Below are positions 9,340 through 18,857 of a DNA stretch of 64,000 nucleotides, piece by piece; positions within the stretch are counted from its first letter, which is position 1; each line of letters starts with the position of its first letter. The notes below the pieces were generated by a model that was not told the DNA's origin, did no database searches, and worked only from the letters and a program-made list of their open reading frames with translations. The stretch is from Candidatus Parcubacteria bacterium (lineage in GTDB: Bacteria > Patescibacteriota > Minisyncoccia > Phycocordibacterales > CAIJYI01): NCBI GenBank assembly GCA_026395595.1, contig JAPLYL010000008.1, forward strand, positions 56,417-120,416. Direction: 5' to 3'. The translations under genes were made by a program, and so were the position numbers.

Positions 9340-11163
9340 TTACTGCTGGCTGTTTAACTGCGCCATTCTTGCCAGTATTTGTGAAAGTTCAGTCTGAAGA
9401 ACCTTAACCCTCGTCTGAAGCTGACTCATCGTCATACCGGAAATATCGGTGGAACTTAATGAGGTGCTTGCGGACACAGACCCTGAAGCGCCAATCTGGT
9501 TTAGAGCCGTACGAGTTCCCGGACCAACGACGCCGAGGGTGTTCAATCCATGCGCCGCCTGGAATTTTTTCACAGCAGCGGTTGTTTGCGCCCCGTAATA
9601 ACCGGTCGGTGCGGCAGATAAATATCCTTGTGAAACAAGCGTCCGTTGAAGTTCCATCACTTCATCATTTTGAGTTCCTTGAGTGAGATAACTGCTAAAG
9701 GTATAGGCGGGAGTGGAAATAATCGGTGTTGATATCGGAGCAACCGCCGTTATCGCAGGAGCGACGGCCGTTACTACCGGTGATACCACTACTGCCGTCG
9801 CCCCGTTTACGGTTACCTCAAGAGCAGCACAAGCACCACCGGAGGAACAAACATCCACAGAAGAATGTCCGGAAGAAACGCCGTAGACCGTAAGGCTATT
9901 ACCGTTTAAAGTTTGTTGCGATACAGAACTGGTTCCTCCTGAAATGACATACGGTTGAGAACCTCCAGAGATAATAATGGTAATGCTTTGTCCGGAAGAA
10001 AGAGACAGAGTGTTTTGACTCAAAGAAAGAGGTCCTCCTCCGGTGTTGTATTGCACAGTTATGGTAAGAGAGCTACAAGTCCCCGTTGATGCGCAAACCC
10101 GAACAGACGACGTACCCGCAGAAATTCCGGTAAGAGTAAGGGTTGTCCCGGTAAGATTTGCTTGGACAATCGCCGGGTTAGAGTTGGATGAAACATAAAA
10201 AGTAACTCCGGTCGGGCCATAGATATTTACGGTGGTGCTTTGATTCGCAGAAACGGTCGGTGTGGCAGTGCTGAATGAAATGGAAACGGAACTGGCGTCT
10301 CCTGCTGTTGCATTTACCACCCCGCATACAGCCATGTCTGAAGAACAGACTGTTACGGAAGCCGATCCGCTTGTAGAACCGGTGCTTAATGTCAAAACGG
10401 AACCGCTGATACTCGCCTGTATAATGCTTGAATTTGAATTGCTGACAATTGTATAGCTTCCGTTACCGCCGGTTATGGTTATAGGGAGAGACTGTCCGTT
10501 TACCACCGTCGGGTTTATTTGACTAAAAGAAAGTTGTCCTGAACCGGCTTGATTTACTATGACATAGATACTCGGACAATTCGTAGTGATGCCTCCCACC
10601 TGACAAAGCGTGATGTTCGTAGAACCGGAAACGTTTCCTGAAATGACGGCTGATGTTCCGCTGATGTTAACGTTCGCAATGGAAGGATTGGAATTATTGG
10701 AAACATACAAAGAACCTGAACCGGAGTTGCTTGCGGTAACGGTTGCTGAAGATCCGACACTCAAAACGAGAGCACTCTGACTTAACGTAAGAGCGTTAGC
10801 AGAAGTAACGGACGGCCAAGCGACGGCGGAAGAGGTCGGGCCACTCAATCCGTTCAAGATTGCGGTGATAAGCGTCCCCGTAGTAAGACTATACGTTGAG
10901 GCAGATAGCGTGGTGGAAAAATGACCGGTTGAATCGGTTGTGCCTATCGGAGAAATCGTTAGCCCACTTCCCGTCTTCGTATAGGAAAGCATCACTCCGA
11001 CATTCGGATCTCCGACAACAGAAACAAGAACGTTATCACTATTCCCTGTTGCACTCAAAGAAAGGGTCGGAGTAACGGAAGCAAAAGCTGATGGAGTAAT
11101 ACTTAATAAACCGACAACAAAAGCACACCACGATAATTTCAAAGAAAGATGTTTCATAAGCAT
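9340..11163 (-). CDS. Secreted Ser/Thr-rich repeat protein with C-terminal peptidoglycan-binding domain
   Basis: Signal peptide, four Ig-like repeats with Cys pairs, PG_binding_1-like YYGAQTTAAVKKFQ...GVVGPGTR. Confidence 0.8.
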   Translation of the reverse strand: MLMKHLSLKLSWCAFVVGLLSITPSAFASVTPTLSLSATGNSDNVLVSVVGDPNVGVMLSYTKTGSGLTISPIGTTDSTGHFSTTLSASTYSLTTGTLITAILNGLSGPTSSAVAWPSVTSANALTLSQSALVLSVGSSATVTASNSGSGSLYVSNNSNPSIANVNISGTSAVISGNVSGSTNITLCQVGGITTNCPSIYVIVNQAGSGQLSFSQINPTVVNGQSLPITITGGNGSYTIVSNSNSSIIQASISGSVLTLSTGSTSGSASVTVCSSDMAVCGVVNATAGDASSVSISFSTATPTVSANQSTTVNIYGPTGVTFYVSSNSNPAIVQANLTGTTLTLTGISAGTSSVRVCASTGTCSSLTITVQYNTGGGPLSLSQNTLSLSSGQSITIIISGGSQPYVISGGTSSVSQQTLNGNSLTVYGVSSGHSSVDVCSSGGACAALEVTVNGATAVVVSPVVTAVAPAITAVAPISTPIISTPAYTFSSYLTQGTQNDEVMELQRTLVSQGYLSAAPTGYYGAQTTAAVKKFQAAHGLNTLGVVGPGTRTALNQIGASGSVSASTSLSSTDISGMTMSQLQTRVKVLQTELSQILARMAQLNSQQ

Positions 11164-11433
11164 AATTATTTACAATAAAAATAGAACCAAAAACATTTTT
11201 TATTTTTGTGTATAGTTTAATTGTACTGAAAAAACAGAAAAAAAGCGACAAAAGATTTCTTGTTTTTATGCACAGTGAAGGGGTATATCTTTCTTCTTAC
11301 TTGAAAAAAATAAGAATTTTGTTTTTTCCTTCTTTTGTGATAGATTATCTACATGTTCGCGCGATAAGTGCAAGGGAAAGTGTGAAAACCGCAGGTTTTC
11401 ACAACCCTAGCGACGAAGGAGCGAGAATGTAAC

Positions 11434-11522
11434 GGAGAGGTGGGTGAGCACGGTCGAAACCACCACACTGCTAACGTGGCAGGGGGTAAAACCCCTCGAG
11501 GGTTCGAATCCCTCCCTCTCCG
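11434..11522 (+). tRNA. tRNA-Ser(GCT)
   Basis: Acceptor GGAGAGG/CCTCTCC, anticodon loop CT-GCT-AA, long variable arm, GGTTCGAATCC T-arm; CCA not encoded. Confidence 0.93.
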
Positions 11523-11591
11523 CAGTAAGTTTTTAGTATCGGAAGACCCGAGTGCCTTGATATTCAAGGGTCTTTTGAATCACTGGAATCT

Positions 11592-11628
11592 CAAAAAGTT
11601 CGAACCTTTATGGGGTTCGAACTTTTTG
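11592..11628. terminator. Intrinsic terminator hairpin
   Basis: CAAAAAGTTCGAACC / GGTTCGAACTTTTTG 15-bp stem downstream of the helicase gene. Confidence 0.7.
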
Positions 11629-11641
11629 TTACTTCGGACTA

Positions 11642-14600
11642 TTATTCACTGCAAATCACGTCAAGGTCAACGCCCACTGTTTCTTTAAGATAGCTATGTG
11701 CGGCCGCTAAAATCGCTGTTTGATCTGGTGTATGGTTGGTTTTTGATAATCCCGGTTGAACGATAATGATCTCAGCCCTGATTTCCTTGAATCTGCTTAT
11801 CTTTACAAATTTATTCATATCAGCTGATGAACCCAACAAGAAGCGAGTAACTCTTTCTTCGTTTGTGAGACGCTTTTCTCTGTCTAATATATGTTTGCAT
11901 AAATCCTTGAACTTCCATTTCCATTTAGCCGAACGGACCGCTTGCGAAGAAACCTCTACAACATCGCTAATACGTTCACCTGCTGTAGTTTCTGTTGTAA
12001 ATTTACAGTGAATTAAAGCTAATCTAATATGATCATCTTCCTCTTTGAAACAGACTAGATCGGCAGCCTCTCCTGCACCATCGTCATCAAATACTGTTTC
12101 AAAATTTCCAGCAATAAACTGTTGAGCGGCTCGCCATTGTATGGAATCTTCTCTTTGCGCTCCGTTCTTCCAAATAGACTCTTTGCGCAAATCAACACCC
12201 ACCCAATCCCACGCCTCAAATCTTTCTTCTGGGAAAATGAGTTCCTGGGTGTTTTGTGGCTTAATAAGTAGGTTGCCATCAAGTTCAGAAATATCAACGA
12301 ATCGAATCATTGGGGGATAGTTTGAAAAATATTCTTCAATCGGAAGTACTAAATTTCCAACTCGAATAGTAACCTGCTCTTGAGAGTTTTTTGTAACCTT
12401 AAAACCTTCATCACCACCAACAGTTAGTGACAGGTTTAACCAAACATCTTCAGGATCCGTAACTAACCTAAAATAAACTTGGCTGGTCACAATATCAGTT
12501 TTTATAAACTGAAGGTCAAACAATGAGACCGATTTTTCAATTCCTCCTTTTTTTAGAATGACTCTTTCTTCCGATTGCCTAATAATTTCAAGTGGCCATT
12601 CGATACTAAGAACCTGCTTGTCGGGTAACGCGGTTACTTCTTCGGGAATAAGCACGTTTGCAATAATATCAGCAGTATCTATGTTTCCATCTTTAATTTT
12701 TCCACCAACAGATTCACACCATTTGATAAGTTCAGGTATTGAACCTGGATCTCTGGCCCACACACGTCCTTTGTAAGAACAACCTATCGTTACAGGTTCT
12801 CCATTTTCCCAACCCGTGCCACTTAGATTGGATTTAACGGAACCGGCTCGTTCAGAAACGCTGAGCGCTGTTGCCACATCTGAACCGGTATACATTGCGT
12901 ATCGTAGATTGCGTCGGCCGTGTTTTGTCACCCCAACGTTTTGGAAGATTAATCTGTTAATTCGTCCAAGTGCGCGAAATATTATGTCTCCAGAAACGAG
13001 TTTTGTTGCACCAATAGCCCCGGCTATCTTTTCATGATTTGAAGATTTGTCGCTGGAGGAAACGAATAACAGATTGCGAGCTTCATCAAAATGAAAAACG
13101 TGTAAATCCCATATACGATCGCGAAGCTTTCGCGATCTTGTCCATCGAATCGGAGATTCAAGCCTTGTCACAAAATACAAAGTGTTTGATTCTTCATGAA
13201 TCCATACGCGATGCACATTTATACCCCTGGGTATTCCCTCAAAAAACTTTTTTGGCGTAAATGAATTTGCCTCATACATCAATGTACTAAATGTTGGACG
13301 CAACAAATGGTGGGATATTTCTATCTTTTCTTCATCTTCAGAGTTATCAAGAACTTCAGATGCATTCAAAAATGCAATGAGCTCGGAATGAGTCTTTGCC
13401 GCATCGGAACTAAATTCACTTAACAACTGATTCCAGTCAGCATCTTCACTATATAATCGCTCAAGAGCAGATGAAACATCTTGATCGGCAATGTTTGCTA
13501 CTACTGTGGCATCGCCGATTGCTTCACCAGCAGTTCGGGTAAATCTTCCCGTAAATTGAAGTAGAATTGCAAGACTTTTATGTGTATCATGAACAGCCGC
13601 AATTTTCAGTTGAGGTAAATCAAAACCTTCCCCAAGCATGTTTACACAAATAACGATACGACTCTGTCGAGATCTAATTTTTTCAATTGAAGCATCGGTT
13701 TCATCTTCCTCTGAGTGAATAAGAACGGGATTAAGGTCTGGTGCGATTCTATCATAGATAGCGTAGATAGTTCTGGCTCGACCAATACTGGCACATCTTG
13801 CCATCATAAGATGATCTTTTCCAGAAGCGAGGTCTCTTCGAAGTATTTCTACACCTTTTGTGGCAATTGCCTCATCGGCGTTTTCTTGGTCAATCTCATA
13901 TACAGGTTCAAAATTTATATTCTTGAAATACCCATCGTTTTGTGCTGAATGCAATGGATACTCATAAATAACTTTCCCATCAACAAGTTTCCCATCTCTT
14001 CGATAAGGGGTCGCTGTAAACTGCAAAACTCTGTTATCTTTAAACTTTTCTCGAAATGCACCCCACCCAACTGCTCCAACATGATGAGCTTCATCAACTA
14101 TAAGCGTCTTCACATAATCAGCAATAGGAAGAGGTGTATCACCAGAAGAATCGCTTTCCATTACGCTCATCGTCGCGATAACAACATTACATTTATTAAA
14201 AATATCTAAATCTTCTTCCGACTGAAGCCTTTTTTTGATTACTCCAACAATAGGATTTTTTGCTTCAGATGAAAGATTACCAAGGGACCGAAGTAGTCCG
14301 AGAGTAAGAAACTTTTTTGCTGTTTGGTCGCGCAACACTTTTGATGGAACAACCACGAGTAAACTTCCTGTCGAATAGGCAACGAGAGTTGCAAGCATAG
14401 CTTCTGTCTTTCCTGTGCCTGTTGGCATGACAATCGTAGCTGGTTGTTGATACAAACTCCAGTGAGCACCTATTGAATGAAGACTTCCGATTTGTGGTGG
14501 CCTTAATCCTTTTTTAGTTACAGTACCGACAAGGTCTTTTTCTTCGGATTGAAAATTGAATTTTCCATACCAGCTTTCAGTTATGTCTTTCGAAACTTTT

Positions 14601-14938
14601 TCTAAACCACCCTCGTCGACATCATATTTTAGAGCATTTAATTTTCGGTGTGCTATCCACTTCAACGCGTTTCCGAGTTGACCAAAAAGAACTCCATCAA
14701 CATCTCGAGGTAGTTCAAGTTTCTTCTTTTTTGTAATGAGTATTTTTTGACCGTCATCGAGAACATATAGAGTTTCTCTAACTCTTGGAGACGTAAAAAA
14801 TTCCTCAGTCCTGGATATGACTTTATTACCGCCTAAATCTAATACATGAGAAATAATGCCGATAGAATGCTTAATAGGCCCGAATTCTAATGGCGGGAGG
14901 AATAGCATATTCGGATTTTCTGGGTTTGAAGGGCTCAT
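11642..14938 (-). CDS. SF2 DEAD/DEAH helicase with putative C-terminal nuclease domain
   Basis: MPTGTGKT, DEAHH, TATP, EGFDLP, QFTGRFTR; C-terminal DDDGAGEAAD...HCK resembles a PD-(D/E)xK centre. Confidence 0.8.
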   Translation of the reverse strand: MSPSNPENPNMLFLPPLEFGPIKHSIGIISHVLDLGGNKVISRTEEFFTSPRVRETLYVLDDGQKILITKKKKLELPRDVDGVLFGQLGNALKWIAHRKLNALKYDVDEGGLEKVSKDITESWYGKFNFQSEEKDLVGTVTKKGLRPPQIGSLHSIGAHWSLYQQPATIVMPTGTGKTEAMLATLVAYSTGSLLVVVPSKVLRDQTAKKFLTLGLLRSLGNLSSEAKNPIVGVIKKRLQSEEDLDIFNKCNVVIATMSVMESDSSGDTPLPIADYVKTLIVDEAHHVGAVGWGAFREKFKDNRVLQFTATPYRRDGKLVDGKVIYEYPLHSAQNDGYFKNINFEPVYEIDQENADEAIATKGVEILRRDLASGKDHLMMARCASIGRARTIYAIYDRIAPDLNPVLIHSEEDETDASIEKIRSRQSRIVICVNMLGEGFDLPQLKIAAVHDTHKSLAILLQFTGRFTRTAGEAIGDATVVANIADQDVSSALERLYSEDADWNQLLSEFSSDAAKTHSELIAFLNASEVLDNSEDEEKIEISHHLLRPTFSTLMYEANSFTPKKFFEGIPRGINVHRVWIHEESNTLYFVTRLESPIRWTRSRKLRDRIWDLHVFHFDEARNLLFVSSSDKSSNHEKIAGAIGATKLVSGDIIFRALGRINRLIFQNVGVTKHGRRNLRYAMYTGSDVATALSVSERAGSVKSNLSGTGWENGEPVTIGCSYKGRVWARDPGSIPELIKWCESVGGKIKDGNIDTADIIANVLIPEEVTALPDKQVLSIEWPLEIIRQSEERVILKKGGIEKSVSLFDLQFIKTDIVTSQVYFRLVTDPEDVWLNLSLTVGGDEGFKVTKNSQEQVTIRVGNLVLPIEEYFSNYPPMIRFVDISELDGNLLIKPQNTQELIFPEERFEAWDWVGVDLRKESIWKNGAQREDSIQWRAAQQFIAGNFETVFDDDGAGEAADLVCFKEEDDHIRLALIHCKFTTETTAGERISDVVEVSSQAVRSAKWKWKFKDLCKHILDREKRLTNEERVTRFLLGSSADMNKFVKISRFKEIRAEIIIVQPGLSKTNHTPDQTAILAAAHSYLKETVGVDLDVICSE

Positions 14939-15002
14939 TTTTGGGTGACGTGAGATAAGATTTAGATTTCATCACCACCACATTTTATCACTTTTGCAAG
15001 AT

Positions 15003-16328
15003 CTACGCTATTGTCACCACCCCCTTCGTAACTTTAATTTTTGACTTAAAACACCCCATCAATTCTCTCTTCTCTTCGTTCGTCCCTTCTCGGAGAATAT
15101 ATTGGGCGTACGTTTTTGAATCTATTTCCTTGTAGGTTTCTTTTGGGTTTGTCATTCCGAGCACCTTTCTTTGAAATTTGTTCATTCGTTTTAATTCCTC
15201 ATCAAATTTATGTTTGATGCCGAGATTATTGAAGTCTATTTGATCCAGTACTTTTAAAAGTTGTTCAACTAATTCTTCTTCTCGAAGGTACTGACATTTG
15301 CAGTGCCTGTCTTTTGACCTTCCGCATCCATAGTAAATGTATTTTGCGGTCGTTCCATCTTTGAGTACTTTATATTTCTCTTCGGCTGAAATTCCTGATC
15401 CACACAATCCACAGACCATAAGTTTTGTAAAAGCGAATTCTTTGCTTTGTCGATGAATATCATCTCGTTTCAACTGTTCTTGAACTTTATCAAAAAGTTC
15501 TTTTTCAATGATCGGTTCATGTTTTCCGGTATACCAGTTTCCGGACTTTTTCGGGTATTCAAAAACTCCGTAATAAAACGGATTCGATAATGCCCGGTAA
15601 ATATTTCCAAGAGCGACATTATGATTTCCTACCGATTTAAAATTGAGTTCAAATTTTAACCATTGATGAATTTTTCGCCCCGACCATTTTTCATAAGCGA
15701 CTTTTTCATACATTTTTTTAACAATAGGAGCCCTGTCTGGATCTATGGTAACTTGGCATTTTCTATCAATTCTTTTTTCGTTCAAATATCCAAGCGGAGC
15801 GATTCCCGGCCACAGCCCCATTTCAACCCTCGTCCGAAGCCCGCGCTTTACGTTTATTCCGCGATTGTCATTTTCAAGCTTTGCCTGAGATCCAAGAATC
15901 ATCAACAAGAATTTTTCGTTTGGATTATTCCGGAAGCTTTGGCTGAATGTTCGAATCTCTACCAGTTTTCCTGCATCCATCAAGTCTACGATTTTTCCGA
16001 GATCTCCCGCATTACGACTGATACGATCCGGCGCCCATGTCAGAATCCCAGTAAACTTCCCGGCACGTAATTCTTCAACAATCTCATTAAATACAGGCCG
16101 TTGTCCAGTTTCCTTCGCCGAGTGCGATTCGCGCTTCATTGTTACGACCTCTAACCCTTCCCGATCCGCCAGTTGGAGCATTTCCTTAATCTGGCTGTCT
16201 ATTGAAAGCACCTGTCTTTCCTCTGATTCGGTACTCTTTCTCGCATAAAGGCAGTATTTTACCGCCGTTGGAACCTCTATTTTAGCCCTGGTTCCCGCTG
16301 GCATTTGCATTGTTTCCATATGTCTCAT
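15003..16328 (-). CDS. Large serine recombinase
   Basis: YARKS catalytic motif, DRISRN, recombinase domain, zinc ribbon CGLCG...YYGC. Confidence 0.92.
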   Translation of the reverse strand: MRHMETMQMPAGTRAKIEVPTAVKYCLYARKSTESEERQVLSIDSQIKEMLQLADREGLEVVTMKRESHSAKETGQRPVFNEIVEELRAGKFTGILTWAPDRISRNAGDLGKIVDLMDAGKLVEIRTFSQSFRNNPNEKFLLMILGSQAKLENDNRGINVKRGLRTRVEMGLWPGIAPLGYLNEKRIDRKCQVTIDPDRAPIVKKMYEKVAYEKWSGRKIHQWLKFELNFKSVGNHNVALGNIYRALSNPFYYGVFEYPKKSGNWYTGKHEPIIEKELFDKVQEQLKRDDIHRQSKEFAFTKLMVCGLCGSGISAEEKYKVLKDGTTAKYIYYGCGRSKDRHCKCQYLREEELVEQLLKVLDQIDFNNLGIKHKFDEELKRMNKFQRKVLGMTNPKETYKEIDSKTYAQYILREGTNEEKRELMGCFKSKIKVTKGVVTIA

Positions 16329-16447
16329 TAATGACGCAACCCTCCTAAGGAGTCCAGAGCGACCCGAGTAGGTAACTTTTGCACAAAATATCCGTTTTAC
16401 TTTAATGAAAATTAAGTGTAAACTTATGTTAAGTTAACACTTTTGCT

Positions 16448-16633
16448 ATGACTACATCAAACACGGGAGATATCATTACGCTTAAGGAGGCATGCGAACT
16501 GCTGAACTGTCATCCGAATACCCTGCGAAAATGGGATAACTCCGGTTTCTTGAAAGCGATCCGTTTTGGTGCACGGCGCGACCGGCGGTATCATCGTGCC
16601 GATATTGAGAAATTAATTTCCCAAAAAACATAA
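16448..16633 (+). CDS. Excisionase-like (MerR/HTH_17) DNA-binding protein
   Basis: ITLKEACELLNCHPNTLRKW...RRY; divergent from the recombinase. Confidence 0.8.
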   Translation: MTTSNTGDIITLKEACELLNCHPNTLRKWDNSGFLKAIRFGARRDRRYHRADIEKLISQKT

Positions 16634-16635
16634 TT

Positions 16636-17751
16636 ATGAAAGATAAAGTTTCAAACGCCAGCCTTCATGGGGCAAAAAAAGCAAAGAAAGATGAGTTTTA
16701 TACTCAGCTTGTTGATATTGAAAAAGAATTGAAACATTATAAAGATCAGTTTCGTGGCAAGGTGGTATATTGCAACTGTGATGATCCATTTGAAAGTAAT
16801 TTTTTTAAGTATTTTGCCGCTAATTTCAATGCTCTCGGGTTGAAAAAACTTATCGCCACGAGTTACAAGCCATCCCCCATAGCCAATACACAACTGGGAC
16901 TATTTGGCGTAGATAAAGTACTTGCTTCACCAAAAGGACGCCCCAAAGTAACCGCTAACAAATTTATTATCAATGAGGTTAGTGACATAGACGGCGACGG
17001 TGCATTTGATTTACGTGACGTTGCCGAGCAACTTAAGGCTAATAAAAACAATGAGTGGGCCCCATTAGAAGATGAAGGAGATTTTAGAAGTAAAGAAAGC
17101 ATAGAACTGCTAAAGCAGGCTGATATTGTCGTAACTAACCCGCCATTTTCGTTATTTCGGGAATATATTGCACAGATTGTAGAATACGACAAAAAGTTTT
17201 TAATTATCGGCAATATAAATGCGGTTACTTATCAGGAATGTTTTAGACTTGTTCAAAATGATAGAATGTGGCTCGGGGCAAGTATTCATAGCGGTGATCG
17301 TGAATTTCGCGTTCCGAATGATTACCCGCTTGAAGCCGCGGGTTGTAGAGTGGACGAGAGCGGTAATAAATATATCCGCGTCAAAGGTGTCCGTTGGTTT
17401 ACGAATTTGGATTATAAAGAACGTCATGAAGATTTAGTATTGTACAAAAAATACACACCAGAAGAGTATCCTTTATACGACAATTATAGTGCAATTAATG
17501 TTGATAAGACGGCCGATATTCCAATGAGTTACGTTGGGGAGATGGGTGTTCCGATTACATTTCTTGATAAATACAATCCTGATCAATTTAAAATTGTAGG
17601 TGCTCTAATATCTGGCCCACTTGGGCATGAATTGGGAGCAACTAAAACGCAACAGATTAGACCGAACGGAAAGACAACATTGGAATACGGACCAATTATC
17701 AACAAAAAAGGATATTATGGAAGAATTGTTATTAAAAACAAGAAAATATGA
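16636..17751 (+). CDS. EcoRI-family adenine-specific DNA methyltransferase
   Basis: KKDEFYT, VYCNCDDP, DIVVTNPPFSLFREY, MGVPITFLDKYNPDQF. Confidence 0.88.
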   Translation: MKDKVSNASLHGAKKAKKDEFYTQLVDIEKELKHYKDQFRGKVVYCNCDDPFESNFFKYFAANFNALGLKKLIATSYKPSPIANTQLGLFGVDKVLASPKGRPKVTANKFIINEVSDIDGDGAFDLRDVAEQLKANKNNEWAPLEDEGDFRSKESIELLKQADIVVTNPPFSLFREYIAQIVEYDKKFLIIGNINAVTYQECFRLVQNDRMWLGASIHSGDREFRVPNDYPLEAAGCRVDESGNKYIRVKGVRWFTNLDYKERHEDLVLYKKYTPEEYPLYDNYSAINVDKTADIPMSYVGEMGVPITFLDKYNPDQFKIVGALISGPLGHELGATKTQQIRPNGKTTLEYGPIINKKGYYGRIVIKNKKI

Positions 17752-18854
17752 AAATTGAACTAAACAGAATTAAAATACGCGAAGTAATAGAAGAATACAA
17801 AGACAGCGCCGAGGAGGGTGTTGTGGCTTACGGTGGCAAACTTGATGTTCGTCCAAAATATCAGCGTGAGTTCGTCTACAAAGACAAGCAGCGAGATGCG
17901 GTTCTTGATACTATCAAAAAAGGATTCCCACTCAACGTCTTGTACTGGATGGTGCGTGAAGATGGCGGTTATGAACTACTCGATGGACAACAGCGAACGA
18001 TTAGCATTGGTCAGTATATCAGCGGTGACTTTTCGCTAGATGACCGTTATTTTCACAATCTCACAAAAGAAGAACAAGAGCAGATATTGAATTACGAATT
18101 GATGATTTATTTCTGCGAAGGTACAGATAAAGAAAGACTGGGCTGGTTCAAAACTATCAATATCGCGGGTGAAAAATTAACAGATCAGGAATTACGCAAC
18201 GCCGTTTACACTGGCCCGTGGCTTTCTGACGCAAAACTAAAATTCAGTAAATCAAATTGCGCCGGATACCTTTTGGCAAATGACGGTGGCACATTACTCA
18301 CCGGTTCGCCGATCCGGCAAGAATATCTGGAAACCGCACTTTCTTGGATCAATGATGACGAAGTGGCGGGCTATATGGCAAAACACCAGCACGACAAAAA
18401 CGCAAATGAATTGTGGGAGTATTTCCAAAATGTCATTGCTTGGGTACGAAAAACATTCACAAACTATCGCAAAGAAATGGCTCATGTAAACTGGGGCGAA
18501 TTGTACAACGAATTTAAAGATAAGAAGTTGGATTCAAAAAAGTTGGAAGCTGAAATCTTTAAATTGATGCAAGACGAGGACGTAACGAAAAAATCCGGTA
18601 TCTATCCTTATGTTCTCACAAAGCAAGAAAAACATCTTTCCATACGTGCATTCAACGATAAAATGAAACGCGAAGCATACGAGCGACAGGAAGGAATTTG
18701 TCCGCATTGCAAAGGAGAGAATAAGAAAAAGAAATGGGAAATTGAAGAAATGGAAGCCGATCACGTCACCCCATGGCACGAAGGTGGTAAAACGACCGCG
18801 GAAAATTGTCAGATGTTGTGTAAAGAAGATAATCGACGGAAATCGGGGAAATAA
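17748..18854 (+). CDS. DUF262 + HNH endonuclease (probable cognate restriction nuclease)
   Basis: YQREFVY, LLDGQQR, FKTIN (DUF262); C-terminal CPHC...ADHVTPW...NCQMLC; 4-bp overlap with the MTase. Confidence 0.85.
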   Translation: MKIELNRIKIREVIEEYKDSAEEGVVAYGGKLDVRPKYQREFVYKDKQRDAVLDTIKKGFPLNVLYWMVREDGGYELLDGQQRTISIGQYISGDFSLDDRYFHNLTKEEQEQILNYELMIYFCEGTDKERLGWFKTINIAGEKLTDQELRNAVYTGPWLSDAKLKFSKSNCAGYLLANDGGTLLTGSPIRQEYLETALSWINDDEVAGYMAKHQHDKNANELWEYFQNVIAWVRKTFTNYRKEMAHVNWGELYNEFKDKKLDSKKLEAEIFKLMQDEDVTKKSGIYPYVLTKQEKHLSIRAFNDKMKREAYERQEGICPHCKGENKKKKWEIEEMEADHVTPWHEGGKTTAENCQMLCKEDNRRKSGK

Positions 18855-18857
18855 GCC

